Shown here piece by piece: positions 47,934-58,196 of a DNA stretch of 64,000 nt. Position 1 is the stretch's first letter; each line of letters starts with the position of its first letter. The notes beneath the pieces were generated by a model, which was not told the DNA's origin, searched no databases, and saw only the letters and a program-made list of their open reading frames with translations. The position numbers and the translations under genes were made by a program. This stretch comes from an uncultured Chloroflexia bacterium (GTDB lineage Bacteria; Chloroflexota; Limnocylindria; Limnocylindrales; CSP1-4): assembly GCA_963809045.1 (NCBI GenBank), contig CAWEHW010000004.1, forward strand, positions 226,272 to 290,271. Reading direction: 5' to 3'.

Positions 47934-49580
47934 GTGAACGTGCGCCCGCTCCTGGCCGCACTTGGCGTCTTCGCCGTCGCCGTCGTCCTGACCGGGCTCA
48001 TCGTGCTGGCCGTGCCATTGCCGACCGCACGCGACCAGGTCCCGCCGCTGACACCGTCGCAGGGCCCGGCGACGGACGCGGCTGGCGCCTCGGGGGGTCC
48101 CTCGACGTCCGGTGCATCGGCGGTCCCGTCGGCGCCGGCCGTCGCATCATCGTCACCGACGCCGGCCACCGTGGACGTGGCGATCGTCCCGGTGACGGAC
48201 TTCCGCGCACCCGCGTCGGCCACGGGCTGGACCGAGGTCCGGGCCGTGCTGGACGGAACGAGCGACCGGTACGAGGCGCTCGAGCTCGTCCGATCCGAAG
48301 CAGATGCCATCCTGGCCGAGCTCGGCGAGACTCGACCGGCCGATCCGACCCGGCTGATCCTGGCAACGAACGCGGCATCGCTCACCAGGGACCTGGCCGC
48401 GAACCGGAAGCGACTCGCGTTCATCCGGGCCGATGCCGTCACGCCTGCCGTCCGGGCCCTCGCGTGGGGCAGGACGACGCTGTTCGGCGTCGGGCGCGTT
48501 GACGATCTCGAGGCGTGGCCGCTCAACGCCAGGTTCCCCGCCGGGACGAAGGGGGAGGCGTTCGACCCTGAGGCAACCTGGACCCTGTTCGCGGGCGGCG
48601 ACATCATGCTCGACCGCGGCGTGCACAAGACGCTGGTCATCGAAGGCAAGGGCGCCGACTTCCCGTTCGATGGCGGCACGGCCGATATCACCAGTCGCTA
48701 CTGCTGCTCGACGTTTGGCTGGGAGCTGCCGCGCGTTCGGCGGACGGGCCACGCGGGTGTCGTCCGGGACCTCATCGAGGGGGCGGACCTGGCTATCGCC
48801 AACTTCGAGAACCCTGCCCCGGACAACCATCGCTACCACACGCGCGGCACGGTCTTCTCCGCGGACCCGAGGTTGATCGAAGGACTCGCCGACGTCGGGA
48901 TCGACTACGTATCACTCGCCAACAACCACATCCGCGACGCGGGTGCGGCAGGCCTCATCCAGACCATCGAGAACATCACGAAACAGAAAATCGCCGTGTC
49001 CGGCGCGGGCAAGGACCTTGCCGCCGCCCGCAAGCCCGCGATGCTGGAGGCGGGCGGCATGACGGTCGCCGTTCTGGCCTACGACGCGATCGCGGGCTAC
49101 TACCACGCGACGGCGGACAAGACGGGCAGCGCACCCTTGACGGCGTCGATCGTCCGCGCGGACATCAAGGCGGCACGGAATGCCGGTGCCGACCTGGTCA
49201 TCGTCTTCCCGCACTGGGGCACCGAATACCGCTCGAAGCCGTTTGCCGCGCAGCAGCGGCTGGCGCGGATGATCGTCGACTCGGGCGCTGACATGGTGAT
49301 CGGCAACCACGCCCATTGGGCGGCGGCGATGGAGGTCTACGAGGGCAAGCCGATCTGGTACGCGCTCGGCAACTTCGTGTTCGACCAGACCTGGTCGGAA
49401 CCGACGATGGAGGGGATCACCCTCGAGCTGACCTTCGACGGCGCTGAGCTGGTCCAGGCACGGATGCGACCGCACATCATCCTTGACCGCGCCCAACCAA
49501 ACTTCCTGGATCCCGCCGGTGACGGCAGGGTCGTCATGGGCCAGGTCTATTCCGCCTCCAAGGGCCTCCTGCCCTGGTGA
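47934..49580 (+). CDS. CapA/PGA_cap family metallophosphatase-like protein
   Basis: GGDIML, ANFENP, SLANNH, PHWGTEY, IGNHAH, YALGNFVFDQ. Confidence 0.88.
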   Translation: MNVRPLLAALGVFAVAVVLTGLIVLAVPLPTARDQVPPLTPSQGPATDAAGASGGPSTSGASAVPSAPAVASSSPTPATVDVAIVPVTDFRAPASATGWTEVRAVLDGTSDRYEALELVRSEADAILAELGETRPADPTRLILATNAASLTRDLAANRKRLAFIRADAVTPAVRALAWGRTTLFGVGRVDDLEAWPLNARFPAGTKGEAFDPEATWTLFAGGDIMLDRGVHKTLVIEGKGADFPFDGGTADITSRYCCSTFGWELPRVRRTGHAGVVRDLIEGADLAIANFENPAPDNHRYHTRGTVFSADPRLIEGLADVGIDYVSLANNHIRDAGAAGLIQTIENITKQKIAVSGAGKDLAAARKPAMLEAGGMTVAVLAYDAIAGYYHATADKTGSAPLTASIVRADIKAARNAGADLVIVFPHWGTEYRSKPFAAQQRLARMIVDSGADMVIGNHAHWAAAMEVYEGKPIWYALGNFVFDQTWSEPTMEGITLELTFDGAELVQARMRPHIILDRAQPNFLDPAGDGRVVMGQVYSASKGLLPW

Positions 49581-49661
49581 GGGCGGGGGCGCCGGCGTGG
49601 CGGGAACGCCCCGTGCGGTTGGCGTCGTCGGGCGGCCACCGCGGCCGCCACCGCCACCCTC

Positions 49662-50618
49662 CTAGGTGATCCCGGCGAACAGGTCCGTTTCCGGTGTGGC
49701 CGTCTCGACCCGTGACTCGCGCAGGATGTAGGCCTCCCTGGCCCAGCCGTCCCGCCAGCCCTCCAGCCCCATCGCAAAGAACGGGAAGTCGTGGGCAAGC
49801 TGGGTGACGTGTTCGTGCATCGCGCGCCACTTCGCCTCGAGGGGCGCGCCGGATGTCTCGACCCAGGTCGTCACCGCTTCGTCCGGCACGAGCATCTTCG
49901 CCGCGTAGGCCTCCATCTCGACGATCTGTTCGGGCGTGGCGTCATCGGGCGGCGCCCATGGGTTCTTCTGGCCGTTCTCGGCCATGACCGCCGCCATCCG
50001 CTCGCGGACCGAGGCGGGGATCGCCTGCTCGTACAGCTTCGAGGGCGCCCACGGGGCCAGGCCGCCGTCCTCGACCGACGGCCCCGACCCACCGTGATCC
50101 GGAGCGAGCTGCTCGGGATACCAGGCCGGGTCGCCGGCCCGCGCAAAGCCGCGGACCGCCACGTCGTGTGTCCGGATGTGGTCGGGATGGCCGTACCCGC
50201 CGAAGTCGTTGTAGGTCGTGATGACGTCGGGCTGGTATCGGCGGATCAGCCAGACCAGGCGTCCCGCGGCCTCGTCCAGGTCGGCGCGCCAGAACGACCG
50301 CGGATCGTGGTTGCCGGGCCGGCCCATCATGTCCGAGTCGTGGAAGCCAAGGTTCTCCCACTCGGTGACCCCGAGCTGGGCCATGGCCCGCTCGAGCTCG
50401 GCGGCGCGCAGCTCGCCCAGCCGTCGATGGTTCTCGGGCGTGTCCAGGTCGGGCACGACGATCTCGCCCATCTCCCCGCGCGTGCACGTCACGAGGACGA
50501 CGCGATGCCCGGCTTCGACAGCCTTGGCCATCGTGCCGCCCGTCCCGATCGATTCGTCGTCGGGGTGGGCATGGACGGTCATCAGGGTGGGTCGGTGACC
50601 CGCTTGGTCCCGCGTCAT
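49662..50618 (-). CDS. PIG-L family deacetylase (MshB/Mca-like)
   Basis: VHAHPDDE, TRGEMGE, GGYGHPDHI. Confidence 0.88.
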   Translation of the reverse strand: MTRDQAGHRPTLMTVHAHPDDESIGTGGTMAKAVEAGHRVVLVTCTRGEMGEIVVPDLDTPENHRRLGELRAAELERAMAQLGVTEWENLGFHDSDMMGRPGNHDPRSFWRADLDEAAGRLVWLIRRYQPDVITTYNDFGGYGHPDHIRTHDVAVRGFARAGDPAWYPEQLAPDHGGSGPSVEDGGLAPWAPSKLYEQAIPASVRERMAAVMAENGQKNPWAPPDDATPEQIVEMEAYAAKMLVPDEAVTTWVETSGAPLEAKWRAMHEHVTQLAHDFPFFAMGLEGWRDGWAREAYILRESRVETATPETDLFAGIT

Positions 50619-50693
50619 GGTCCCGGGATGCTACCGCAGGCCCGTACTATCAGGCGATGTCGAGCCAGCCGGGCTGGTAGCACGCTCGCGTCC

Positions 50694-51320
50694 ATGATCG
50701 ATCGAATACCGCGCCGCTTCCGATTCGGCTTCGCGCGAGCGGATGAAGCCGCCGTCGAGCCTGGCGACCGCCCCGAGCACGTGCCCTTCATCGCCTACGG
50801 CGAAGACTGCATCGTGACCGGCCACACGATCCTCGACTCCGATCGGCTGACCGACATGCTGAACCTCCATGATGAGTACGACCTCGCTGACGTGACGGTC
50901 GAGCGGTTCGACGACGGAGAGCCCATCGAGATCGCTGAGATCTCCGTCGCGCGCGACGAGATCATCCTGGTGCAGGCCACCGGCCCGCGCGGCGACGAGT
51001 TGCGACGCCACCGAACCATGCCCCAACACCTCGCGCTCCAGATGGGCCCCTACAAGGTCCGGGGTTTCTTCCACGCCCTGCCGGGCGCCGACCCCGTCGT
51101 CGCGCTTCGCCGTCGAAAGACGATGGTGCCGCTGACCGACGCCCGCATCCAGTACACGATCCGCGGCGAGCAGCGCGAGACACCGGTCGATACGGTGATC
51201 GTGAACCGCGACCAGATCGACTGGGTCCAGGAACTCATGCCCACGGCGAAGGAATTCCCCAAGGCTCCCGCGCCGGCGCGTCTTGTCACCAAACCAGCAC
51301 GGCGAGCAGCCGCGAGCTGA
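50694..51320 (+). CDS. Conserved hypothetical protein (tandem DUF6812-like repeat), paralog 1
   Basis: AYGEDC...DRLTDMLN...GPRG...HALPGADP...VPLTDA...VNRDQIDW. Confidence 0.7.
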   Translation: MIDRIPRRFRFGFARADEAAVEPGDRPEHVPFIAYGEDCIVTGHTILDSDRLTDMLNLHDEYDLADVTVERFDDGEPIEIAEISVARDEIILVQATGPRGDELRRHRTMPQHLALQMGPYKVRGFFHALPGADPVVALRRRKTMVPLTDARIQYTIRGEQRETPVDTVIVNRDQIDWVQELMPTAKEFPKAPAPARLVTKPARRAAAS

Positions 51321-51442
51321 CTTTCGGGCCATGCCCCGAATGGGACCCTGGCGACAACCCAGGTGCCAAAGGTCACCACCTCCGAGCCACCGGTACTTGT
51401 AGGCGGCTGTACAGCGGGCCGATCCGGGCGGACCATCCAGCC

Positions 51443-52102
51443 ATGATCGAAAGCTTCGGACGTCGCCTCCGCGTCGTCTTCGGTCGCTCCGCCGCCACCG
51501 CCGAACCGATCGACGATCGCCCCGGGCCTGATGTCCGCCCGACCCAGCAGATCGAGTTCGTGGCCTACGGCGAGGACTGCATCCTGTCCGGCGTGGTCAG
51601 GATGGAAGCGGACCGGCTCACCGACATGCTCAACGACCACGACGAGTATCTCCTCGTCGACGTGCTGGTCGAAGGGCTGTCGGAGCAACGGGCCGTCGAG
51701 GTCAGGGAAGTGCTCGTTCGGCGCGACGAGCTGGTCCTGGTGCATGCGGCCGGGCCGCGCGGCAACCAGGAACGGCGGCGCCGGACGCGCTCCCATCCGG
51801 TGGCGATCCAGGCCGGGCCTTACCACCTCCGCGGCTACCTCCACGCTCTGCCCGGCGCCGATCCGTTGCAGGCGATCCGTCGGCGGACGGCCATGGTGCC
51901 GCTGACAGATGCCTGGATCGAATTTCCGTCGATCGCCGGTCGCGAGCGCCGCCGGGTCGGAACTGTCGTCGTGAACCGCGAGCAGATCGACTGGATCGTG
52001 CCCGCGATCGACGAGGAGGTCGAGATGCCCGACCTGCCGTTGAGCGCCGACAAGGGCCGGCTCGTCAAGGATTTTACCGGGGCCCTGTTCGAAGGCTCCT
52101 GA
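51443..52102 (+). CDS. Conserved hypothetical protein (tandem DUF6812-like repeat), paralog 2
   Basis: Same motif blocks as 50694-51320. Confidence 0.7.
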   Translation: MIESFGRRLRVVFGRSAATAEPIDDRPGPDVRPTQQIEFVAYGEDCILSGVVRMEADRLTDMLNDHDEYLLVDVLVEGLSEQRAVEVREVLVRRDELVLVHAAGPRGNQERRRRTRSHPVAIQAGPYHLRGYLHALPGADPLQAIRRRTAMVPLTDAWIEFPSIAGRERRRVGTVVVNREQIDWIVPAIDEEVEMPDLPLSADKGRLVKDFTGALFEGS

Positions 52103-52120
52103 TCACATTCCGCCGCCGGG

Positions 52121-53413
52121 GTGCGGCTACCATCCGGGGTGGTGACGCGATCAACCACCCCGGATGCCGCTGTTCCTGAGCCATCGCCGGCCGGCCCGCT
52201 GGCCGGACTTCGCGTCGTGGACTGCTCGACGGTCCTGGCCGGGCCGTACTGCACGATGCTCCTCGGCGACCTCGGCGCCGACGTCGTCAAGGTGGAACCT
52301 CCCGAAGGCGATGCCACGCGCGGCTGGGGCCCGCCATGGGTCGGGTCGGAAGCGGACGGCACGCGGACAGCGGCCTACTACCTGGCGATCAACCGGAACA
52401 AGCGGAGCATCCGGGTGGACCTCAAGACATCGGATGGTGTCGCGGTCCTTGGGCGGCTCCTCGGGCGCGCCGACGTCTTGATCGAGAACCATCGCGCGGG
52501 TGGATTCGGGCGCCTCGGGTTCGACGACGACACCCTTCGGCGGCTCAACCCGGGTCTGGTGCACCTCGGGATCACCGGTTTCGGGCCGGACGGGCCGGCC
52601 AGCGCACAGCCCGGGTATGACTTCGTGATCCAGGCCATGAGCGGGCTCATGTCGATCACCGGGGACCCCGAGGCGGACGGTGGCCAACCGACCAAGGTCG
52701 GCGTGGCGATCAGCGACGTGGTGACCGGCATGCTCGGCGCGGTTGCCGTGCTGGCCGCGCTGCTGGACCGAGAGCAGCACGCGCCGGTCGCCGGGGTCCG
52801 CGGTCAGAAGATCGACATCTCGTTGTTCGGTGCGACCCTGGCCAGCCTGGTCAATCAGGCCCAGAACACGTTCGTCGAAGGCCGGTCACCGGAACGCCTG
52901 GGCAATGCGCACCCCAACATCGTCCCGTACGAGACCTTCCAGACCGCAGATGACCCGATCGCCGTGGCCGTGGGCTCAGAGCGACAGTGGCAGCGGTTCT
53001 GCGAGGTGCTCGAACACCCGGAGCTCGCCACGGACCCTCGCTTCGCCTCGAACGGCAGCCGGGTGATCCATCGATCGGCGCTGCGGACCATCCTCGTCGC
53101 CCGGTTCCGTGAGCGGAGGGCGGCCGTATGGCTCGAAGGGCTCGCCGCGGCCTCCATCCCATGCGGACCGATCAACACGATCGCCGACGCCTTCGCGACC
53201 GACGCAGCCGTCGCGCTGGGCATGACCGTCGACCAGGCACACCCGGCCTGGGGCGTGATCCGGCAAGTCGGGATCCCGTTCCGGCTGTCGGCCACGCCGG
53301 CCTCGATCAGGACGCCGCCACCGGCGCTCGGCGAGCACACCGACGAAGTCCTCGCGGAGATCGGTTACGCCGCGCTCGAGATCGCGGCCCTTCGCGAACG
53401 CCGGGTGGTCTGA
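52121..53413 (+). CDS. CaiB/BaiF family III CoA-transferase
   Basis: PLAGLRVVD, LAGPYC, GADVVKVEP, NRNKRS, GYDFVIQAMSG, PPALGEHT. Confidence 0.92.
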   Translation: MRLPSGVVTRSTTPDAAVPEPSPAGPLAGLRVVDCSTVLAGPYCTMLLGDLGADVVKVEPPEGDATRGWGPPWVGSEADGTRTAAYYLAINRNKRSIRVDLKTSDGVAVLGRLLGRADVLIENHRAGGFGRLGFDDDTLRRLNPGLVHLGITGFGPDGPASAQPGYDFVIQAMSGLMSITGDPEADGGQPTKVGVAISDVVTGMLGAVAVLAALLDREQHAPVAGVRGQKIDISLFGATLASLVNQAQNTFVEGRSPERLGNAHPNIVPYETFQTADDPIAVAVGSERQWQRFCEVLEHPELATDPRFASNGSRVIHRSALRTILVARFRERRAAVWLEGLAAASIPCGPINTIADAFATDAAVALGMTVDQAHPAWGVIRQVGIPFRLSATPASIRTPPPALGEHTDEVLAEIGYAALEIAALRERRVV

Positions 53414-53414
53414 G

Positions 53415-53834
53415 TCAGCCCGCGGAGTCGGGGACCAGGCTCCGAAGGTAGACCGCGACGCCCTCGAAGATGGACGCCCGGATCGCGGGGTGAGCGTCGA
53501 TCAGGGAGTTGAAGCCCTGGTGGGTGATGACCATCAGCTTCGTTGGCCCCTCGGTCACCGCAGTCGCGGTCCGCGGGCTCTCGCTGAGGAGCGCAACTTC
53601 ACCGAGGTAGTCGCCGGGCCCTAGCGTTCTGAGGGTCTTGCCATTCCGTTCGATCCGGACGTTGCCCTCGATGATCATGAAGAACTCGCGAGCGATGTCG
53701 CCCTGGCGCATCAGGGTGTAGCCGTCCCCGACGTCGACCTCGTCGGCCAACCGGCTGATCAGGTCGAGTGGCTCCGCCTTGCATTGGGTGAACAACGGCA
53801 CTCGCCGCAACAGGTCTCGCTTCGGATCCGCCAC
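53415..53834 (-). CDS. Stand-alone cyclic-nucleotide-binding domain protein
   Basis: LRRVPLF, LMRQGD, LGPGDYLGEVALL, PRTATA. Confidence 0.85.
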   Translation of the reverse strand: MADPKRDLLRRVPLFTQCKAEPLDLISRLADEVDVGDGYTLMRQGDIAREFFMIIEGNVRIERNGKTLRTLGPGDYLGEVALLSESPRTATAVTEGPTKLMVITHQGFNSLIDAHPAIRASIFEGVAVYLRSLVPDSAG

Positions 53835-53997
53835 TGGTGCCTCCCGGCGACCGCGGCGACGCACTCGCGTCGCGACGCGGCCATTACACCACGCTCGAGT
53901 GCAGGCGTGCACGAACCCCGCCGGGGTGTCCCGGACCCGCTGCTAGACTCGGCTGAGGACTGGCCAGACAGGCAGGCGGACCGTGGAGGCGACCTCG

Positions 53998-54819
53998 ATG
54001 ACCGACGCACGCGAGCGCTGGGCGCTGATCCTGGGCGGATCGTCCGGGATGGGCCAGGCGACGGCTATCACGCTCGCGAAGGCCGGCTACAGGATCTGCG
54101 GGATCCACCTCGATTTCCGCGCAGCCCTGGCGCATGTCGAAGAGGTCAAGGCCGAGATCGCCGCGGCCGGGTCGGAGGCGCTCTACATCAACATGAACGC
54201 CGCCGACGACGAGAAGCGGGCGGCAGCCCTGGCAGCGCTGCGCGAGCGGTTCGATCGCTCGGAGGCGGAGGGACGCCACCCCTATGTCAGGGTCGTGATG
54301 CATTCGCTCGCGTTCGGATCTCTCGTCCCGTTCCTGAGCGACGACCCGAAAGGCGCGGTCGACCGCAAGAAGATGGAGATGACCCAGGACGTGATGGCCA
54401 ACAGCCTCGTCTACTGGGTCCAGGATCTGTATCGCGGCGGGTTCCTCGAGCAGGGTTCGAAGGTCTACGCGATGACGTCGGAGGGATCGTCACGCGTCGT
54501 CCCGTCGTACGGCGTCGTCTCGTCGGCCAAGGCTGCGCTCGAGTCGCACATCCGCCAGCTCGCGATGGAGCTCGCCCAGTCCGGCAAGGGGATCACGGCG
54601 AATACGATCCGGGCCGGCGTGACCATGACCCCAGCCCTCATGAAGATCCCCGAGCACGACATGATCATCGCCTCGGCCACGAAGCGGAACCCGACCGGGC
54701 GGATGACCACCCCGCAGGACGTCGCCAACGCGATCCTGGCGCTCTCCGGCGACGGCACGGACTTCATCAACGGCGAGGTCATTGGCGTCGACGGCGGCGA
54801 ATTCATCACCGGGTCCTGA
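53998..54819 (+). CDS. SDR oxidoreductase (FabL-like enoyl-ACP reductase)
   Basis: ILGGSSGMG, YGVVSSAKAALE, RNPTGRMTTPQDVA, VDGG. Confidence 0.8.
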   Translation: MTDARERWALILGGSSGMGQATAITLAKAGYRICGIHLDFRAALAHVEEVKAEIAAAGSEALYINMNAADDEKRAAALAALRERFDRSEAEGRHPYVRVVMHSLAFGSLVPFLSDDPKGAVDRKKMEMTQDVMANSLVYWVQDLYRGGFLEQGSKVYAMTSEGSSRVVPSYGVVSSAKAALESHIRQLAMELAQSGKGITANTIRAGVTMTPALMKIPEHDMIIASATKRNPTGRMTTPQDVANAILALSGDGTDFINGEVIGVDGGEFITGS

Positions 54820-54841
54820 CGATGTGGATGCCCGCACCCGG

Positions 54842-55756
54842 GTGATTGGTCGGGTCATCGTCGTGGGGTCGGTCAACATCGACCTCGTCGTCACCGTCGC
54901 GGAGCTGCCCCGACCGGGCGAGACCGTGATCGGCGGCCGGTTTGCCCGCCATCACGGCGGGAAGGGTGGCAACCAGGCCGTCGCCGCGGCCAGGCTGGGC
55001 GTCGCGACGGCGTTTGTCGGAGCGGTCGGTGGTGACGCGTTTGGGCACGAAGCGACGGCCGCGCTGGCTGCTGAGATGGTCGACCTTCGCGGCCTCGTCA
55101 CGCTCGAACGCGAGGTCACAGGGGTGGCGCTGATCCAGGTCGCCGAGGACGGGGAGAACAGCATCGCCGTGGCCAGCGGTGCCAACGCGGCACTGACGGT
55201 TGGGCACGTCCGGTCCGCGCTGGAGATCCTCGGCCCTCGCGAGGAAGACGTCGTCCTGGTCGGGCACGAGATCCCCACGGCGGTCACGCGCGAGGCGCTT
55301 CGCCTCGGCCGGCGCGCCGGTGCGACGACGATCCTCAACCCGGCGCCCGCGGGCGACCTGTCGACGAAGATCCTCGCGCTCGCCGACGTGCTGACGCCCA
55401 ACCGCGGCGAGCTCGCGGTCCTGGCCGGCGACGACCGACCGTCCGCGGGCCCGGTCGCCGCCGCGGTGCTAGGGCACGCGCCGAAGCGCGCCATCCTCGT
55501 CAGCCTGGGAGCGGATGGCGCCCTCCTCGTCCAGTCGACCGGCACGACGCCCCTACGAGCGCCGGCCGTCGAAGCGGTCGACACGGTCGGGGCCGGCGAC
55601 ACGCTGAACGGCGCGCTCGCAGCGGGTCTCGCAGCGGGCTCGCCGCTGCTGGATGCCGCCCGGCGTGCCGTCGCGGCGGCGTCCCTGGCGGTGACGCGCG
55701 CGGGCGCGCGCGAAGGCATGCCGACCGCCGCGGAGCTCGAGGCGTTCCTGGGTTAG
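54842..55756 (+). CDS. rbsK: Ribokinase (PfkB family)
   Basis: VVGSVNIDL, GGKGGNQAVAAARLG, LNPAPA, DTVGAGDT. Confidence 0.82.
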   Translation: MIGRVIVVGSVNIDLVVTVAELPRPGETVIGGRFARHHGGKGGNQAVAAARLGVATAFVGAVGGDAFGHEATAALAAEMVDLRGLVTLEREVTGVALIQVAEDGENSIAVASGANAALTVGHVRSALEILGPREEDVVLVGHEIPTAVTREALRLGRRAGATTILNPAPAGDLSTKILALADVLTPNRGELAVLAGDDRPSAGPVAAAVLGHAPKRAILVSLGADGALLVQSTGTTPLRAPAVEAVDTVGAGDTLNGALAAGLAAGSPLLDAARRAVAAASLAVTRAGAREGMPTAAELEAFLG

Positions 55757-56499
55757 TGGATCTCCCCCGCCGCGACCGAGAACAGGTAGATCGCGACGAC
55801 GCCGACGAACGTGCCGATGACGACCCACCTCGACCGGTCCGAGCGATGCGCCTCCGGCAGGAGCTCGGCGGCACCGACGTACAGGAAGAACCCGGCAAAG
55901 ACCGCGAGCATCACGCCGAGGACATCGTCCGGGACGGTGATGACGAGCCCGAGGAGCACCCCGAGCACCGGTGCCACGGCCACCACCGTGACCCACTGAT
56001 AGGCCTCGCGGACGGGTGTCCGGCTGGCCAGGAGCATGCTCACGACCGAGATGCCATCGCTGAAGCGATGCACGATCACGACGACCGCGATCACCAGGCC
56101 CAGACCGCCGCCGACCGCCAGCCCGGCCGCGAGCGCCACGCCATCCAGCAAGCTGTGGAGGCTCATCCCGCTCGCCCCGATCAGGCCCACGTGCCGGTGC
56201 GCCGCGTCGCCGTGGTCGAGCTCGGCCGCGGCCTCGTGTCCGACATGGACGGCCGTCAGCTTCTCGATCCCGTAGAACGCGAGGAAGCCGATCGCGGTCG
56301 CCAACATGACCGTGTCCAACGAGCCGCCAACCAGCTCGGCCGCCTCGGGGATCAGGTCGAAGAACGCGGCCCCGATCCGGATTCCGGCTCCCACCGCGAT
56401 GATCAGCCCCACGTGGCGCATGGCGCGCAAGGCGACGACACCGCCGGCGAAGGCCGACAGGAACGCGCCGGCGGACACCAGGATCGCGATCAGCGGCAC
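55753..56499 (-). CDS. ZIP family metal transporter
   Basis: DLIPEA, His-rich loop, HSLLDG, VHRFSDG, ELLPEAH. Confidence 0.88.
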   Translation of the reverse strand: MPLIAILVSAGAFLSAFAGGVVALRAMRHVGLIIAVGAGIRIGAAFFDLIPEAAELVGGSLDTVMLATAIGFLAFYGIEKLTAVHVGHEAAAELDHGDAAHRHVGLIGASGMSLHSLLDGVALAAGLAVGGGLGLVIAVVVIVHRFSDGISVVSMLLASRTPVREAYQWVTVVAVAPVLGVLLGLVITVPDDVLGVMLAVFAGFFLYVGAAELLPEAHRSDRSRWVVIGTFVGVVAIYLFSVAAGEIH

Positions 56500-56500
56500 G

Positions 56501-56950
56501 TCACGCCGATGCCGTCGTGGGGCGTGGCTGGCTCGCGAGACAGGCGGGACAGAGCCCGAAGAGCTCGAGCCGGTGTTCGTCCACCCGATAGCCGGTCCGG
56601 CGGGCGATCTCGCCGACGACGACCCGGAGGCCCGCGTCGTCGATCTCGCTGGTTCGGCCGCATTGCGAACACACCACGTGGTGGTGATGGGCCCGTTGGC
56701 ATACGACATAGGCGTGCTCGCCGGACGGCAGGTCGAGACGCTCCACTGCTCCAAGCTCTTCGAGGACTTCCAGCGTCCGGAAGACCGTCGCCCGGCCGAC
56801 GCCGAGTCGACGCGATCGGGCTTCGGCGAGGAGGTCGCCCGCGGTGAAGTGGGCGTCCCGGTTGGCGATCAGCGCCGCGACACGCCGGCGCGGCTCGGTC
56901 AGGCGATATCCGGCGCGGTCGAGGATCGTGACGATCGGGCTGGTGTCCAC
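56501..56950 (-). CDS. Fur/Zur family regulator
   Basis: GYRLTEPR, ATVFRTL, HHHHVVCSQCG, GLCPAC. Confidence 0.92.
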   Translation of the reverse strand: MDTSPIVTILDRAGYRLTEPRRRVAALIANRDAHFTAGDLLAEARSRRLGVGRATVFRTLEVLEELGAVERLDLPSGEHAYVVCQRAHHHHVVCSQCGRTSEIDDAGLRVVVGEIARRTGYRVDEHRLELFGLCPACLASQPRPTTASA

Positions 56951-56967
56951 ACCGGGAGCCTATCACA

Positions 56968-56986
56968 GTTGAGACTGTGTCTCAAC
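56968..56986. promoter_or_regulatory. 19-bp Fur/Zur-type palindrome upstream of the fur-zip operon
   Basis: GTTGAGAC-TGT-GTCTCAAC immediately upstream of -10 TAGGCT. Confidence 0.7.
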
Positions 56987-56996
56987 AAGGACGCTT

Positions 56997-58196
56997 TCAG
57001 GGCTGCGTGCCGGGCAGTGCCGCATATCCGGTCAGCTCGACGTACGCGTCGCCACCAAGCGCCGCCGCCCCGCGCATCGCGCGGACGACCTGGGAGCCTT
57101 CCCAGTAGACGACACCCGTCGTGGCCCGCGTGTCGAGCTCCTGGGCGGCCACCGCCGGTCTGAGCTCGATCCGGAGCTGCTCGGCCGGGATGTCGATCGT
57201 CCAGCCCGCCGGGTATTCGGCGCCGGTCGCCGGGCTGGTCCAGGTAGCGTCGACCGTGACCGTGAATGCATCGCGGGCCAGGTGGCGGGTGCTACCGTCC
57301 GCCTCGACCAGCGTTCCGTAGACCAGCGGATAGCTGCCATCCGTGTCACGGACGAGCGACAGCGTCAGGTCCGTCCCGTCGTCGAGGTTGACGGCGAACC
57401 AGTCCCAGCCGCCGCCACCGACCGAGATGAAGTCACCCCATTGGTGGTCGAACCACGCGGTGCCCTCGACGGCGAGCGCCTCACCATCGAGCGTGAGCGT
57501 CCCCGTCGCCCTCATCGAGGTCCGCGAGTAGTAGTAGGAGCCCCCGGCCGCCCCGAAGTCGATCCAGCCATCGCCGTCGTGAAACGCGGCGGGTTTCGTC
57601 GTCTGCAGGCGGAGGTCCAGCCCGAGGCCTCCCGGCGAGCCGGCGCCGATCGCCTCGTCCGACGACATCGTCGCCGTGAGCCGGTCTTCGCCATCGGACC
57701 CGATCATCGTCCAGGAAGGGCGAACGACAGCCGACGGCGCCGTCGGATCGAACCCGGTGATCGCAAGGTCGAACCCGGTCGGTGTCCCGTCAGCGGCGCG
57801 TGGCGAGCGGTCGACACCGGGCCCGACCTCGAGTCGCTGGCCGTACAGGAAACGGTCACCGCCCTCGTCGGTGATCGCGAGGTGGGAGACCCACGAGGTG
57901 GGGAAGGCCCCGCGCTCCGCGCGGAAGATCACGTATTCGAAGCCGTATCGATCACCGTCGACGGACCGCACGTGGCCGGTGTAGTACCACCATTCGGTCA
58001 GGCGATCGTGCGGTCCGTCGTCGCGTGGAAGGTCGATCGGAATGGGGTCCTCGATGAGCGGCGGCGGCACCGTCGCCGGCGGCCGCGACGGCAGGGGGGC
58101 GGTCGGGTTGGCGAGGATCGGACCGCCGGAGCAGGCGGCCACGGAGCTCGCCGCGACCACGACGAGGGCGATCAGCCGTCGACGAGCGCCGATCAT
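56997..58196 (-). CDS. Lipocalin-like AttH/CrtC-family lipoprotein
   Basis: VAAC lipobox, TEWWYYTGH, SYYYS, WFDHQWG, WDWF, YWEG, YVELTGY. Confidence 0.85.
   Translation of the reverse strand: MIGARRRLIALVVVAASSVAACSGGPILANPTAPLPSRPPATVPPPLIEDPIPIDLPRDDGPHDRLTEWWYYTGHVRSVDGDRYGFEYVIFRAERGAFPTSWVSHLAITDEGGDRFLYGQRLEVGPGVDRSPRAADGTPTGFDLAITGFDPTAPSAVVRPSWTMIGSDGEDRLTATMSSDEAIGAGSPGGLGLDLRLQTTKPAAFHDGDGWIDFGAAGGSYYYSRTSMRATGTLTLDGEALAVEGTAWFDHQWGDFISVGGGGWDWFAVNLDDGTDLTLSLVRDTDGSYPLVYGTLVEADGSTRHLARDAFTVTVDATWTSPATGAEYPAGWTIDIPAEQLRIELRPAVAAQELDTRATTGVVYWEGSQVVRAMRGAAALGGDAYVELTGYAALPGTQP

Noticed and set aside
51325-51410. SAM riboswitch-like words (caacc...ggtgccaa)
   Set aside because: No P1/AUC or kink-turn elements, and no sulfur or methionine gene downstream.
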